A stretch of 64,000 nt of DNA, from contig NW_003314264.1 in the NCBI RefSeq assembly GCF_000143415.4, positions 265,492-329,491 on the forward strand. Direction: 5' to 3'. The stretch comes from Selaginella moellendorffii (taxonomy: Eukaryota > Plantae > Lycopodiophyta). Below the pieces are notes generated by a model. That model did not search any database. It saw only the letters and a program-made list of their open reading frames with translations, and was not told where the DNA came from. This document shows, piece by piece, positions 35,447-49,329 of the stretch. The position numbers and the translations under genes are program-made. Every line of letters starts with the position of its first letter. Position 1 is the stretch's first letter.

Positions 35447-37121
35447 ATGGGGGACAACGCCAACTCGAATGAATCCAGCTCGCCCTCTCTGCATCTGGCA
35501 AGATCTCCTCCCCAGCCCTCGCCAATTCGGCTCTCCAAATTCGCATCTGTAAGGCTCCCTAGATCTGGATTGTGTGATGCGTTTTCTGTGTGTTTTGTGC
35601 AGCAAAAGATGAGGATCCTAGTCACTGGCGGCGCGGGCTTCATTGGATCTCACCTGGTTGATCGCCTCATGGAAGCTGGTACCAATGAGGTGCGTGGTCG
35701 TGCATGAATCCGCACGCGTTTTACTTGCCGCGCAGGTGATTGTCGCTGACAACTTCTTCTCTGGGACGAAAGACAACCTCAGGCGCTGGATCGGCCATCC
35801 AGACTTTGAGCTTCTGCGCCATGGTATGGTGCGCACAAGTGTTGCAACTATGATCATGCTGCTCCCTGTTTCAGACGTCACGGAGCCTTTGCTTGTGGAA
35901 GTTGACCAGATTTACCATCTGGCATGTCCCGCTTCTCCCATCTTCTACAAGTACAATCCCGTGAAAGTGAGTAGCTGTTTAAAAACACTACTAGTTCATC
36001 TCAATGCTGGCTTTTCCAGACCATCAAAACGAATGTGATGGGCACACTAAATATGCTGGGCCTTGCCAAGCGTGTTGGAGCCAGGTTAATCTCCTCTCTT
36101 GTCACAAGAGCAAGCAAACTAACTCGCATTCTCAAACCATACAGGATTTTACTCACGTCAACCTCCGAAGTTTATGGGGATCCACTGGAGCATCCACAAA
36201 AGGAGGAATACTGGGGCAATGTGAATCCCATAGGTACGTGCACCAGATATTTGTCTTGTCTACTGCCTGCTCATTGTGTCAAGCAGGTGTTAGGAGCTGC
36301 TACGACGAGGGAAAACGCGTGGCCGAAACGTTGATGTTTGACTATCACAGGCAGCACGGGATTGGTGTGCTCGATTGCTTTAGCTTGATGACGCTGGTTC
36401 TGACGTCCAGTAATTCTCAGAGATAAGGATCGCTCGCATTTTCAACACTTACGGCCCCCGGATGAATATCGACGATGGACGGGTCGTTAGCAACTTCATT
36501 GCCCAAGCTCTAAGGTATGCTGCATGCGAAATGGATGTCCTGCTGTATAATCTTGACAGGGGGGAAACAATGACCGTCCAAGCTCCTGGTAGCCAAACAC
36601 GCAGCTTTTGCTATGTTTCGGATCTGGTATGTTACGTTCCCATATGTTTGCAAGCCTTTACTTTTAGCATCGATGCTTGCAGGTTGACGGCCTCATCAAA
36701 CTGATGGCTTGCGATGACACTGGTCCCATCAACCTCGGAAATCCAGGTAAAGAAACAGAAGCACCATCTCTTCTTTTCTGGCTGATCGTCTCGTTTTCAG
36801 GCGAGTTCACCATTCTAGAGCTGGCAGAAGCCGTGCGAGAGGTTCGTAGCTTTGTGTATATAGCTAGCTAAACAACTTTGAACTGTTCAGCTGGTGGATT
36901 CATCTGCTAAGTGGAAGGTTGTTGACAACACTCCAGATGACCCTCGAAAGCGCAAGCCAGACATTACGAAAGCAAAATCCATATTGAAGTGGGAGCCCAA
37001 GGTTTGTGCGAAGTCTCTTTCGGCCCCTAACCTCTGTGTACATCGTAACCAGGTTGCACTTCGAGACGGATTGCCGTTGATGGTTGAGGACTTTCGAAGC
37101 AGGCTGGGCATACACAAATAG
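35447..37121 (+). CDS. UXS: UDP-glucuronate decarboxylase (UDP-xylose synthase), soluble type
   Basis: [51 protein letters not shown]. Confidence 0.96.
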
Positions 37122-37133
37122 GAAGGCTACTAC

Positions 37134-38457
37134 TCAAGTTTTCTTCCCAGGCTTATTCTTTTTACTGGATGTGGGAACTTCAAGGCCCTTCTGTTTGGCC
37201 TTCCTTGCGAGAACTGCAGGCCTTTTCTTCTTTCTTGCGTCACCCTTTTTGGCGTCTTTGCCTGCCACAGTGAGTCGCTGGGGAAGGGCGCGTCTCTTTT
37301 GTCCAGAACGGCTACCTTCGTAACTCCGAGTCTTCACCTTGCTTTCTGTTGCAGGCTTGTTGTAGCGGCGCCTTGGTTTCGTTGTCTCTTGTTGGCTGCG
37401 ATTAGAGACTCGACGAAGCCTCAGCTTCCTGTTGCGCAGCTCAAGAGCACCTCTTTCAAATGTATGCTTGGCATCGTCCTGGAATGCTGAGTGAGGTACA
37501 AGTTTTGAAGGCACAACACGAACCTTGGACTTGAACAGCACAAATGCGAAACCTTTGCCAATGTTGGTCTTCTGATCTCTGACGACACGCACAGCCTCCA
37601 GCGCCACATCAGGAACAGAAAACAGAGCATAGAGCTCTTCATCCTGGAAGTGTTCACTCATGAGAAGGCAAGATCGTTGCTAAGCCTGTACCTCGACATC
37701 CAAAGGCAGGTTTCCAACAAAGATGGAACGATCCTTATCGTAAGAGACGGCTCCCTTGGACAATTGACTCCGGGCTCCAGCAATGTCCACACGGATGTGT
37801 TTGCCTCGAAACTGCAAAGCTAGATATAAGCCTGGAAAGACTGTGCGGTTTCCTTTGTACCTCGCTCATGTTGTATGTGAGCGCCGCTCTTGCAGAGTCT
37901 ACGTGTTTGAAGACAACGTAGGCATTCAAACTGTGGAAGGGAGAGAGAGTATGAGACAGGCAGCAGGGATTGCATACCTGCTTCGGTTGTCGCTGAGGTT
38001 GCGAGTTATGACAGCGCCCCTCCTTGGCATCTTGGTCTGCACAAAGCATCGGAGATATATAAGCTGGTTACACTTTGGATGTCCGGCTCACCGTTCCAAC
38101 AGGCACCGATCGCAAGCGAGCCGACTCGATGGCTCCGAAGCATGACAAGGTCCTAATCAGCACCTTCTTCCTTGTGTCCAGTGGCAGATTACCCACAAAT
38201 ACGGTCCTCTGCAACTTCTCGTCGCTGTCATAGCGGCATTCCTCGTCTTGTTCCCGCAAGCTAGCATCAGCTTCATCTTCCAGCTGCTCATCATCACACT
38301 CATCGCTATCTTCATCCTCCGTTACCTCTGGTGCTGGCCTTGGCCTCTTTGGCATGCGCGCTGCTTCTCCATCATCCACATCCGCGGCAGCGCGCTTGAA
38401 TGGATTGGAGGAGGAGAAGAGCGAGGAGGCGGCGGCACACACCTGTTCGGGCGCCAT
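37134..38457 (-). CDS. Two-RRM nucleolar protein, RBM34/Nop12-like
   Basis: RTVFVGNLP, RLRSVP, NAYVVFK, SIFVGNLP, KGFAFVLF, SYEG and basic tail. Confidence 0.87.
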
Positions 38458-38500
38458 CGGGAGGCCTTGCCCTAGTCTGACAAGCCTAGGTCATACTCGT

Positions 38501-40401
38501 ATGGCTGCTGTGGCCGTGCAGGTGTGGTGTGCGAGCGCCTCGATCGAACAGGGGCTTGGGCGGCGGAGGCAAAACGCCAGCAGCGTCGAGTTTGGCGGCA
38601 GTGGTCAAGAGCTGCTCGGGGCGAGGGCGGCGACACCAGCAAAACCGGAGCAACGGTGGCGCTGGGAGGACATTCTGCTCGTCCACGATGCAAGCGATGA
38701 GCTGAAGCGGTCCATTGTCTCCAAGAGGAAGGTGGCGGCAGCCGCGATGGTGGCAGCGATGCAAGCCGCCAAGTTTGGGCCGACCTTCTCCAACTGCATT
38801 GTTGGCCACCTCTCCCACTTCATGGACACCGTCATCACCAGGGCAGTGGTGCTCAAGCGCGACCCCAGCTACGCTCACCTCTCCTTCGCCACCCGAGCCA
38901 GGTACTGCATTGACAAGTCCCGCGTGGTGCCGCTGATAAGGTGAGCGCAGCCAGCTCTCGGCCTCCCGGCTAGCAGCGCTTAACGCGTCCTTGTCACGTG
39001 TAGATGGCTGCGACACAACAACTTGACGGCCTCCAAGATTGGGGAGCTCATCTGCTACGTCGGGGACGAGGTGGATCACCTCCGCTTGCGGGTGGAGTGG
39101 CTCAAGAATCTTCACGTCAAGGGGAGAGACCTGGGTGCGGTGCTCAGCAAGCAGCCCGCGCTCCTCCTGCGACCTTTCAACGAGCTCAACCACAACGTTG
39201 CTCTTCTGGAGAACGCGGGACTCAAGAGGGAGTGGATGGGACTCGTCTTCACCTTCTCTCCTTCGGTCTTGCTTGAGGATCACGACCAACTCAATCGAAG
39301 GATTGGAATGTTTACCGAGTTAGGAATTGACGAGTACAGCTTTGGAACAATGGCATTCAACTTCCCTCCTATCCTTGGCCGTCTTTCAATCCAGGAGATG
39401 GCTGCAAAGGTTAGTCCCTTCTTTACGTTTTGTATAACCTATCATTCTGGCAGTTGGATTATCTGCGAGGCTTTGGGCTGGGAGACCACACAATCGGAAA
39501 CATGGTTGTAACGCGGCCTCATTTACTGGGTGCCAGTGTGGAAGAGTCGTGGCAACCAATTGTCAAGTTCCTGTATTGCCTGGGCATTGAGCGCTCAGGC
39601 ATCCGAAGGATTCTGTCCCTCAACCCCTCTGTCCTCTGCCTCGACCTTTCCATAAACATTGTTCCAAAGGTAGCGTGCTTTCTGCCACCTTTACCGGCTC
39701 TCACGCTTAACCATGGAACAGGTCCAGTTTCTGAGAGCCATCGGCGTGCACGAGGAAGTGATTGGGCAGGTGCTCGTTGGCTTCCCGCCGTTGCTCACCG
39801 CAAGCCTCAACAAAAGGATCAGGCCCGTGGTAAGTTTGTGCTGTGGAGTGAGTGGATGGTAGTAAGTGACACGGGTGCCCAACAGGTCCGGTTTCTCCTC
39901 GACGATGCTGGTGTGAGCGAAGACAAGATTGGCAAGGTGATTGCGGCACAGCCCGAGATCATAGGATGTAGCCTCAACCTCCGGCTGTCGGACAACGTGA
40001 GGTTTTTCATGTCCTTGGGAATACAGAGCCATCAGCTGGGCCAAATGATCGCAGACTTCCCCATGCTTGTCAAGTACAATCCAGCGGTTCTTGAGCCCAA
40101 GTATCTCTACCTCAAACGTGTAATGCGACGGCGGCTAGAGGAGGCGATCAAGTTTCCCAGGTACATGTGTATAAAAGCAACGTCAAGCTTGGCTTGGCTG
40201 ACTCAGTTTCTCAGGTTCTTCAGCTACGCTCTAGAGTCGAGGATAGTTGCGAGGCATGAGCTGCTGGAGAGCAAGGGCCTGCAGTTTAGGCTCAAGCAGA
40301 TGCTAGCTTGCAGCGACGAAGAGTTTGGACGCAAGGTGTACGCTGCGGAGCGAGGCCTTGTGGAGAGAGAGACAAGCGACAGTGATGATATTAGGGCTTG
40401 A
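38501..40401 (+). CDS. mTERF2: mTERF family protein (mTERF2/EMB2219-like)
   Basis: FMDTVITRAVVLK..SFATRAR..VVPLIRWL..EWLKNLHVKG; mTERF repeats; FPRFFSYALESRI. Confidence 0.85.
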
Positions 40402-40407
40402 GGTGAG

Positions 40408-41757
40408 ATGGCCTGCCCGTTTGGTGGAGCGACTCACGAGGTGAGCGACAGCAGCCCCAAGTGCCCACTTGGCTACGACACTGCCTCGTTCAAGCTCGGC
40501 CCCTTGAGCTGCCTAGTGTGCCGGGCTCTCCTCTTCAAGGCCGCGCGCTGCCTTCCCTGCCGCCATGTCTTTTGCAGGTAAAACACAGACGAGACGAGAA
40601 ATTTGTGAATGGTTTTGGTCTCGTGGCAGCGCTTGCATTGCCCGCTTCAGCGACTGCCCCCTGTGTGGTGTCGACATAAGCGGGCTTGAGGAGGATGGCG
40701 AGCTGCAGAAGCTGGTTGACCAGTTCATTCAGGGACACGCCAGGGTACGGAGGCAGCAGCAGCAGCAGCAGCAAGAAGAGGGGCCTGTGGTTTACGAGGA
40801 CGCCAGCCTCGCCAGGGGAAGCTTTCTCCTCCAGCATGCCATGCGAGTGTGGTGGTTTGTTTTTTGCATCGAGCCATTGATGGATTCGCGTCTCGACGAT
40901 GCAGGCCTTTCAAGCGCAAAACCTGGAGAGCTCCAAGGCTAGACTGGACCTTTGTGTCGAGGACACGAGGGAGATGATGGAGACCAAAGGGGCCTCGGCG
41001 GAGGTGTGCTCGCAACATGGTGCTGTTCTTGGTTTATTGGGCGACTGCCTGTAAGTTGAAGGCTTGCATGCAAGCATGGCTGCTTGTGATTCCATGGGAG
41101 CGTTTTGTGTGTAGGCGAGCCATGGGAGATTTGGATGGCGCGATGGACAAGTACGCAGAGAGTGTGAGCGTCCTCCAAGCCATAACTGGCGTCGACGTGA
41201 ATGCGGAAGTGAGCTTTTCCCCACGTTTGTATTTAACTGAGCTCTCGCTCGTAATGCACAGATTGTTCATGCATTGTCGGTGTCCCTTAACAAGCTGGGT
41301 GATCTCAAGTACTACGCGGACGATCTCGAGTGCGCCCTGGCCTTGTACAAGCAGGCGCTACAAGTCCGAGACAGGGCTCAAGCTGGCCGGAACGACTTGT
41401 CAGCAGAGGTACGTCAAGATAAGGGCTCGTGCCTTTTAACGTTGGCGTCTGTGTGTGTGCAGAGCATCGACGTGGTTGTGTCGTTGGCCAAGGTTGCAGA
41501 TGTGCAGCGTGCCATGGGACGAGACAGCGAGGCGGCGGAGGGATTTGCCGCCGCCATCACCAGGATGGAGCACCTCACCTGTCCGCCGTCGCCACGGGAT
41601 GAATCTCTGAATAAACGGGTACGACTTACTATTTGTGTCCCAAGCTCACTTCTTGTTCCACGCACAGCGGGCTTCCGTTCTCGGCTTCCTCCATGCCCAG
41701 CAGCAGCAGCAGCAGCAGGAGACGAAGGCGAAGAAGAAACAAGCACAAGCTCCTTGA
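40408..41757 (+). CDS. NCA1: RING + TPR catalase chaperone NCA1
   Basis: MACPF..KCPLGYDTASFKLGPLSC..C..PCRHVFC..CPLCG..VDQFIQGHAR; TPR SVSLNKLGDLKYY, SLAKVADV. Confidence 0.9.
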
Positions 41758-42110
41758 TTCGAATTTCTCTCATTTTCAATAATAAATAGCGCGTGTAGTA
41801 AAAAGAAAAAGGGTGTCCGGAATCGAACCCCAGACGCAAAAGGGAGCTTTAAGCGTGTATATATAATTCCCCTGTTTCTCTCTCTCTGCGCTGTGCGGCG
41901 GAGCTCCTGGATCGGGGCGGCGGTTTTTGGATCGGATCGGATTGCGGATCTATACCACCCTTTGCTGCCGCCACATCCATCCAGCCTTTGGGTATGCTCA
42001 TTCTCATGGATCGCACCACTTGATTGTGACTCCGTGTGTTGTGTGACAGATTCGAGGATTGGGGCCTGGGCAGCTGACTTCCACGAGATCGGTTGCTGAA
42101 TCCGCAAAGT

Positions 42111-45100
42111 ATGGCGGGATGGTTCAAGGGGACGGTCAAGGCTGTGCCATCCGGGGATTCTCTGGTGATCATGGGAACCGCCAAGGAAGGAATCCCGCCA
42201 GAAAAGTCCATCACGCTTTCCTCGCTCATGGCTCCAAGGCTGGTGAGTGCAAATTCTGGTTTTGCAGGCAGTGATCCGGTCTCATGCCTTTTGCTGGCTT
42301 GGCAGGCCCGAAGGGACACCAGCGATGAGCCTTTCGCATGGGACAGCCGGGAGTTTCTCAGGAACAAATGCATCGGGAAGGTTTGTGTTCATGCTCGCCA
42401 CTCCCTACCACTTCTCTCACGCTCGTGGTCGTGGCCATCTAGGAGGTGACTTTTAAGGTGGACTATGCCGTTGCAAACCTCAACAACAGAGAATTTGGCT
42501 CTGTGTTTATGGATGACGCCAACGTCGCGCTTGCCGTTGCCAGCGCTGGATGGGCCAAGGTACAGGTGATGCAAACCTTTGCTTAGATCTGCCATCGTTC
42601 CTGCAGGTCCGACAAGGTGCAGAGAAGAGTCCTTTTATCGAGGAACTCCTCAAGGCTGAAGAACAAGCACGGCAGCAGGGCCTTGGAATATGGAACAAGG
42701 TACGAAATGGAGGAGGTTGCGCCCCACCCTGACTATAAGCTTGTCACCTGTGTTGCAGGAAGCTGGCGAGCGATCCATACGCTCAATCCCCCCATCTGCA
42801 ATCGGTGACACGTCCACCTTTGATGCCCGTGCTCTCCTTGAGTCCAGCAAGGGGAAGCCTCTTCGGGCATTTGTGGAGCAAGTGAGGGACGGGAGCTCAT
42901 TCCGGGTCTATTTACTCCCAAGCTTTCAGTTTGTACAGGTGCATCTAGCTGGAGTTCAGGTATGCACCAATCCTTTCCTTCTTCCTTTTTTTTTTCTTAG
43001 CAGTCGCTCTCAGGCTCCGTCAATGGGAAGACGGGTGGCTCCGGCCAGTGCGGGAGGTGGCGGAGATGCCAAAGACGCGGAAAACGGAGAGGCAGGAGAG
43101 GGAGCAGCGGCACCAACGACACTTACCACTGCTCAGAAGCTGGCAGCGTCCACCAACCTGGAAGCTCCCGAGGAATGGGCAAGAGAGGCAAAGCACTTCA
43201 CGGAGTGCAGGATCTTGCATAGAGAAGTATGCTCTCTTCTTCAACTTGATTCATCCCCTGATTAATCCTTGTGTGGCAGGTTATAATCGTCTTGGAAGGG
43301 ACGGACAAGTTCAACACCTTGTTTGGGTCTGTCAAATACAAAGAGACTGTAGACCTTGCCTTGGAACTCTTGCAACAGGTAGACTCCTGCTCCACTCTTG
43401 AGTCCTTGACCATTGCGAGGATTGCAGGGCCTGGCTAAGTACGCCGAATGGAGTGCCAACATGCTGGAAGAAGACGAGAAGCGCCGCCTCAAAGCTGCTG
43501 AACTGCAAGCCAAGAAGGACAGGCTCCGGCTGTTTGCTGGATTCGTCCCGCAGATCAATACCAAGGCCATCAAGAACGATGTCTTCACTGGACAGGTACC
43601 TTGTTGTTGCTCTTGGTGTTTTTGAGCTAAACTCGCGCGCTCCCAGGTGATAGAGGTGACGAGCGCCGACTGCATCGTTGTCGCCGATGACGCGATCCCG
43701 CTGGGAAGACCGAATTGGGACCGTCGTGTTAATCTGTCGAGTATTCAGGCACCCAAGAGAACTGATGCGGAAGCGCGCTTCAGGGAGGCCAAGGAGTTCC
43801 TCCGCTCCCGCCTTATCGGGCAGCAGGTTGGTTTGGCGCGCTCTTTTGTTTGTTTCTCTCTCAACCCGCTGCTTGCATGGTTCAGGTGCGTGTGTTTATG
43901 GAGTACTCCCGGACCATTACCACCGATTCCGAGGCCGGAGGGACCCGGCTTCTTGAGTTTGGTTCCGTGTTCTTGTCGTCGGCTCCCCAGGGCGCCGAGG
44001 TGTTTGAGCCGCCGCTGCCCGGGCAACCCGAGGGCTTTAACGTGGCAGAGCTGGTGCTGGCCAATGGACACGCTCAGGTTGTGCGGCACAGAGATTTTGA
44101 TGATCGCTCGCATTATTACGACAACTTAGTCGCTGCCGAGAGAAAATCTCAGAAGCCCGGGAAGAAAGGAACGCCTCCCAGTGCGCCAGCCCATATCAAC
44201 GATTTGACTATGGTTCCGACTCAGGTATGGTCAAAACCCTGTATAGTGTTCGGCCTTAACGCTCCGTCTTTCTGCAGACAAGCAAAGCCAAGCAGACGTT
44301 ACAGGCCAAGCAGGCCTTGCTTGCGAGCAAGGCCAGGCAGTTCTTGCCATTCCTCCAGAGAGCAAGGCGGCTGTCTGCAGTTGTGGACTTCGTACTGAGT
44401 GGTCATCGGTACAAGCTGTTTGTTCCCAAAGAGACATGCTTGATATTCTTTTCACTCTCGGGAGTGAGGTGTCCTGGGAAAGGCGAGCCTTATTCAGACG
44501 AAGCGCTCGCTTTCATGCGGCGACGGGTGTCACAGCGCGACGTTGAGGTGCGTACGTGGTGCTCTTTGTCCGCCTTAATGTTTTAGCTTTCGCCAGATTG
44601 AAGTAGAGACAGCGGATAGAACTGGAACTTTCCTTGGTAGCCTTTACGAGGGGAAAGTAAACGTCGGTATCGGTCTCTTGGAAGCAGGGCTGGCTAAGCT
44701 GCAGCCAGGTTTCGCGGAGAGGATCACGGATGGCCATCTCCTCATGCAGGCCGAAGAGCATGCGAGAACGCAACGTCTCAAGGTTTGTGGCATGAACAAG
44801 CTCAAAAGTTGGTCTGACTAGGTTCTGTAGATCTGGGAGAATGTTAGCGACGATGGAGAATCCGAGAAGCAATCGACGGACAAGCCTTCCAAGCAAGAAG
44901 TCTTGCAGGTAACTCTTGTTGTTTTCGACGTAACAATAAACTTCTCTAGTTTCAGGTGCAAGTTACGCAAGTGCTGGCTGGCGGATCATTTTATGTGCAA
45001 GAAGTGAGCGATACCCGGGCGTCCAGCATTCAGCAGCAACTTGAATCGTTGAGCCTTTCTGAAAAGGCAGCCCCCGCGGGTTTTACTCCGGAAAGGGGAC

Positions 45101-45820
45101 AGCTAGTACTGGCTAACTATGACGGTGCTTGGTATCGTGGCCTGGTGAGTCCACTTTTGTGTGGTTTCTTGGCATATAATCAGAGCTGAGCTGATTATAA
45201 CGGCTTGTGTTTCAGGTTGTGAACGCTCCAAAGGCTGGCAAGGGTGAATACGAGGTGTTTTATATCGACTATGGAAACCAGGAAGTGGTTCCTTTGTCTC
45301 AACTGAGGCCCATTGACCCCTCGGTGGCTGGGACGCCAGGCCTGGCGCAGTGGTGCAGCCTTGCCCACGTCAGAGTACCCGGTGAAGGAGAGGAATTTTG
45401 CGAAGAGGCGGCCGAGTTTATCTGCACAAGCAAGACGATGATGGCCAAGGTGGAGGGACGGGACGCGTCCGGCGGCAAGGTCAAAGGCCAGGGAAGTGGG
45501 ACGCGGCTCATTGTGACGCTAGTGGACGTTGACACGAGCATGAGCGTGAATGCGGGGCTTTTGGAGGTGAGTGGACTCAGGTCCATTGACAAGAGGCATT
45601 GTTCTGATTGATTTGTGCTTGTGGTGGACAGGCTGGGCTTGCGAGGGTGGATAAGGCTGGCAAGTGGGACAGCAAGGAGAAGAGGGCCGCCTTGGAGGTG
45701 TTGGCGGAGCACCAAGAGAAAGCTCGCAAGGCGAGATTGAACATCTGGCAGTATGGTGATGTGGATGGAAGCGACGACGAAGATAAGGGACCGGGAGCAC
45801 GTAGAGGAGGACGCAAGTAA
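42111..45820 (+). CDS. TSN: Tudor staphylococcal nuclease (Tudor-SN)
   Basis: [41 protein letters not shown], Tudor FYIDYGN, C-terminus NIWQYGD. Confidence 0.95.
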
Positions 45821-48479
45821 GTCCACCCTCGAGGATTTGAGAGTCATTTTTGTAGATTGCATTGATTGATTGATTGATTGATATGGAAATTGCCATGTAG
45901 CAAGATTTCTATCCACAAGCCTCGCAGAGAGCCAAGCAGCACAGTTATCTCTGCAGCTTGCATTACAAGCATCAGAGGTCGTTTCTCGGCTGAAATCATT
46001 CACGTTGATCAGAGTCTCTCCCTCACATGAAAGAAACATCTCGCAAGCAATGTCTATAACCGATCCATTCTACCTGATACTAGCATCCAGCCTCTTGATT
46101 CGCGCAAGGAATGGACAATCCGCCTTGATAGTTTTAATCAAAACACCCAGTTTGTCAGAACATTAAACCTGTCCCTGTCCCTGCCTTCAGTGGACGATCC
46201 ACCTTGAGGCACTCGGTTTGTTGCTAAGAGCACCAAGTTGTTCCTAACGATAACAAGAAAACAAACAGATTTGAAAAACTTGTTTGAAAACCATAACTAA
46301 AGCTTGTACATACTCACAAAACCCCCTTCGTTGCAGCAGAGATTCGCAGATTCAGACAGTGAAGAGAGTTACTCAATTGTGGGAAGAGCATTGCAACAGC
46401 CTCATCATCAATAAATTTGCACCCAAAAAAAAGATGGAACGCAATAAACCTGGGAATATATAGAAATCCTTGGTCATGGAGAAAAATATGAATGGAAAAG
46501 GTGCATGGAACTAGCTAGACTCAAAACCTAGAGTTTGTTGCATCCTTCTGATTCCTTTGTCTTGCACATAATATAGACCATTCAAACTGTTTTAGGGCTT
46601 ATGTGGAAATATAAATTGGTTTGTTTGATTGAGTTTAAATCAGGTGGTACTGTACAGGGACCCTGTCCGAAGGCAAACTTTCTCAAGTTTCGGAAGAGCA
46701 GATGGAATTTTACAAACAGCCCTCTTTCTAGCTGCAAAAGAACAACAAATGCGTTTCTTCAATACACATAAAACCAAGGAAAATGGAAGTATACCTTTTC
46801 AAGAACCTTGAGATTGGAGCATGTTTTACAGATTGCTTGCCATGTCCCACTAAACGTAGACTCCGCATGGAGGGCTTGGTGCTATTATCTTTGATCAACT
46901 TCCAAGGTGTGGAGCTATGATATGCAACACTCCAGGAGAGAAACAGAGCTTGAGAGACGTGAGAGAAGTTGGCATTGGGCTGTAGAAGCTGCTCGATTAT
47001 CAACAGATGGGATGCCACAACACAAAGATCCGAGAGGTTTGAGTAGCTTTTGAAGATATCATTGACATGCTCCTAACCCAAGTCATTGCTCGTGGTGAGG
47101 GGCTTTTAAGCGCGACTCCAAAGTCACTGCTAAGTCACACTCACACCCAAAAGCTCCAGTGTGTGAAGAAGAGGACATTGAGAAGGCACGGCAAGGAGAA
47201 AACTAGACAAATCCTGATAATCTCTAGGCTGTGGAGAGGAGCTCGATGAGATCTGAGCATCGAAAATCGTGGCTGAGAGGTGGCAAAGATGAGGAATGGT
47301 GGAGACAGTAGAGACGATCTTCTCTGCGTTCTGGATAAGATAATAGGCAAGGAGATAGAGAAAAAGCGCGAGAAGAACCACATACCGCGGAAAAGTAATG
47401 CTTGTGACGGTCGATGGGTGCTTGCGAGCTGGTTTGATGACGTCTTTTGGTTTCAGCCAGACCTGATCATCCAGCCACCGAGAGAAGTCACTGAAAGTAT
47501 CGAGAAGAATGATCAGCTCTAATTACATTCTTTACTTACATGAGATTGGCACAAGCGCTTCCCACAAACGCAGCCCCGGTGAGGAGCTCCCTCGTTGGAA
47601 TGCAATCGAAAATGTGGTCGTCATCAAGGTCGCCCGTGGTGGCATCGTCCTCACCATCACCGTCACCCGGAGCTTCCCCATTTTGCTATTTATAAACCAG
47701 GTTAACGAAGGGCAAAAAAGTGTCCAGGGGGCAATGTGGATCTTGCCCATTCATGAGGCGATGGGGAGGAGGAGCTGCCATCCAGAAAGATTTGCAGGTA
47801 TGGAAATGTATAGAAAGTGCAGTGGCACGGCAGATGCCTTGGATGGAAGATCACAATGTTTTCTCTTGCAACTGGCATTTACCCAGAACAGGCAGTTGTG
47901 ACATCTAGCAAATGCTCAACGATGGCAAGCATCTTATTGCATTATATTGATGGTATTTATTAAATTAAATCTGACTAAAATCCATGTGCTAGTTGTCACT
48001 ACTCTCTAACCCAATAGCAATGTTGGTGAAGATTGGACTTAATGGGGATCAAATAAGGGATATTAGGTTTTTTATGTCTTATAATATTTTAAAAATGTTA
48101 AAGAGTGGTTATAAAGTGATCACTCATAGATGAATGGTTTAGTTTTAAAGAGATGGGATCATGGTATATGTGGTATTGGAATACCAATAAAATAGTGAAA
48201 ATGGACATGGCCTTAGTAAAAGAAATTAAAATATTAGTGGTACTTTTGAGTTTTTGATATAGGACTTAGACAAAATACTTAGGTGCAAAGTCATTATAGC
48301 TTTGAGTTCATTTCTAGGGACTTATCTAATACCTCAAGTTGGGATGAAGATCTTTAGAGATTGTGAATGAGATTTTTCTAAGTGGTTAAAGATGATTAAA
48401 TTATTATAAAGTAAAGTGGAAAATTTAATTATTTAAAACTTAGTATTAAAGTTATTCTTTAGTGTAACTTTTATTAGTG

Positions 48480-48975
48480 TGTACATAACTAAAGGGAATG
48501 ATTCAAAAGATGATCTATAAAAGTTCAAATATAAAGGGAAAAGGCTTATAAATAGGAGTGCACCCTCTTTTTTTCAATCGGTTAAAGGTTTTGGGATACT
48601 TAGATTAAACATTCTTGGGTTTAAATACTATTAAGCTTAGTGATTTTTTGGGAAGTCTAAATTCAAAAGTTTATATTTAGTCTTAAATAGGTCTTAGGTC
48701 TAATTATGTTAGTTGAATAAGAGAATCATACCATATATTGAAATAGACATTTGGTAAGTTTAGTTTGATTAGTAGATTGTAAGTAACCAAGATAATTCAT
48801 ATAAGTTCAAATATAAAAGAAAAGGCTTATGAACAAATTTGCATCCCTTTTTCTAATCGGTTAAGGGCCTTAGGATATTTGGGGTTAAAGCATTTTTGGG
48901 TTTGAATAACACTGTAAACAACCAAAAAGAACGATCTAGGTTAGATAACCTTTTGGGCAAATTCAAGAGCTTACA
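48480..48975 (+). mobile_element. Decayed full-length Cassandra-like TRIM (LTR 48480-48675, internal ~100 bp, LTR 48778-48975)
   Basis: Both LTRs align with 11556-11749 (CAATCGGTTAAGG...TTGGGTTT..GGGAAGTC..GAGCTTACA); flanks TAGTG/TAGTA; internal segment resembles 14478-14523. Confidence 0.72.
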
Positions 48976-49329
48976 TAGTAGTTAACTATATCACTACTTG
49001 ATATTGACATCTGAAAGAAGAGGGTAGGATAAAGATGATACTCATGAATTTGAAATTGGAGTTGATGACCGTGGATGGTTGTAAATCATAAATTTCTCCT
49101 TTCGAATTTGTTACCTTACCTCATCTATACAACCACCATTGTTTTAATTTTAATTAAATTCCCTTACCAAAGTTCCTGCCTATAGTATTAACTCCTACTT
49201 AATTCTACTTAGTTTCAACTACTCACTATATAAGCAACAAAATGTTAGTTATCCATCCACAGGTTCCCAAATTCTCTCCTAATCCCCCTCCCCAAACTAG
49301 ATTGGATTTAAAGTTCAATTATATTCCCG

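Noticed and set aside
41801-41850. tRNA gene (minus-strand GGGGTTCGATTCCGGACACCC followed by TTTTT)
   Set aside because: B-box and T-tract present, but no A-box, D-arm, anticodon arm or matching acceptor stem upstream; at most an isolated B-box
46000-47900. Possible decayed F-box/LRR-like gene on the minus strand
   Set aside because: Exon-like patches contain stops in every frame; no motif strong enough to call without a search
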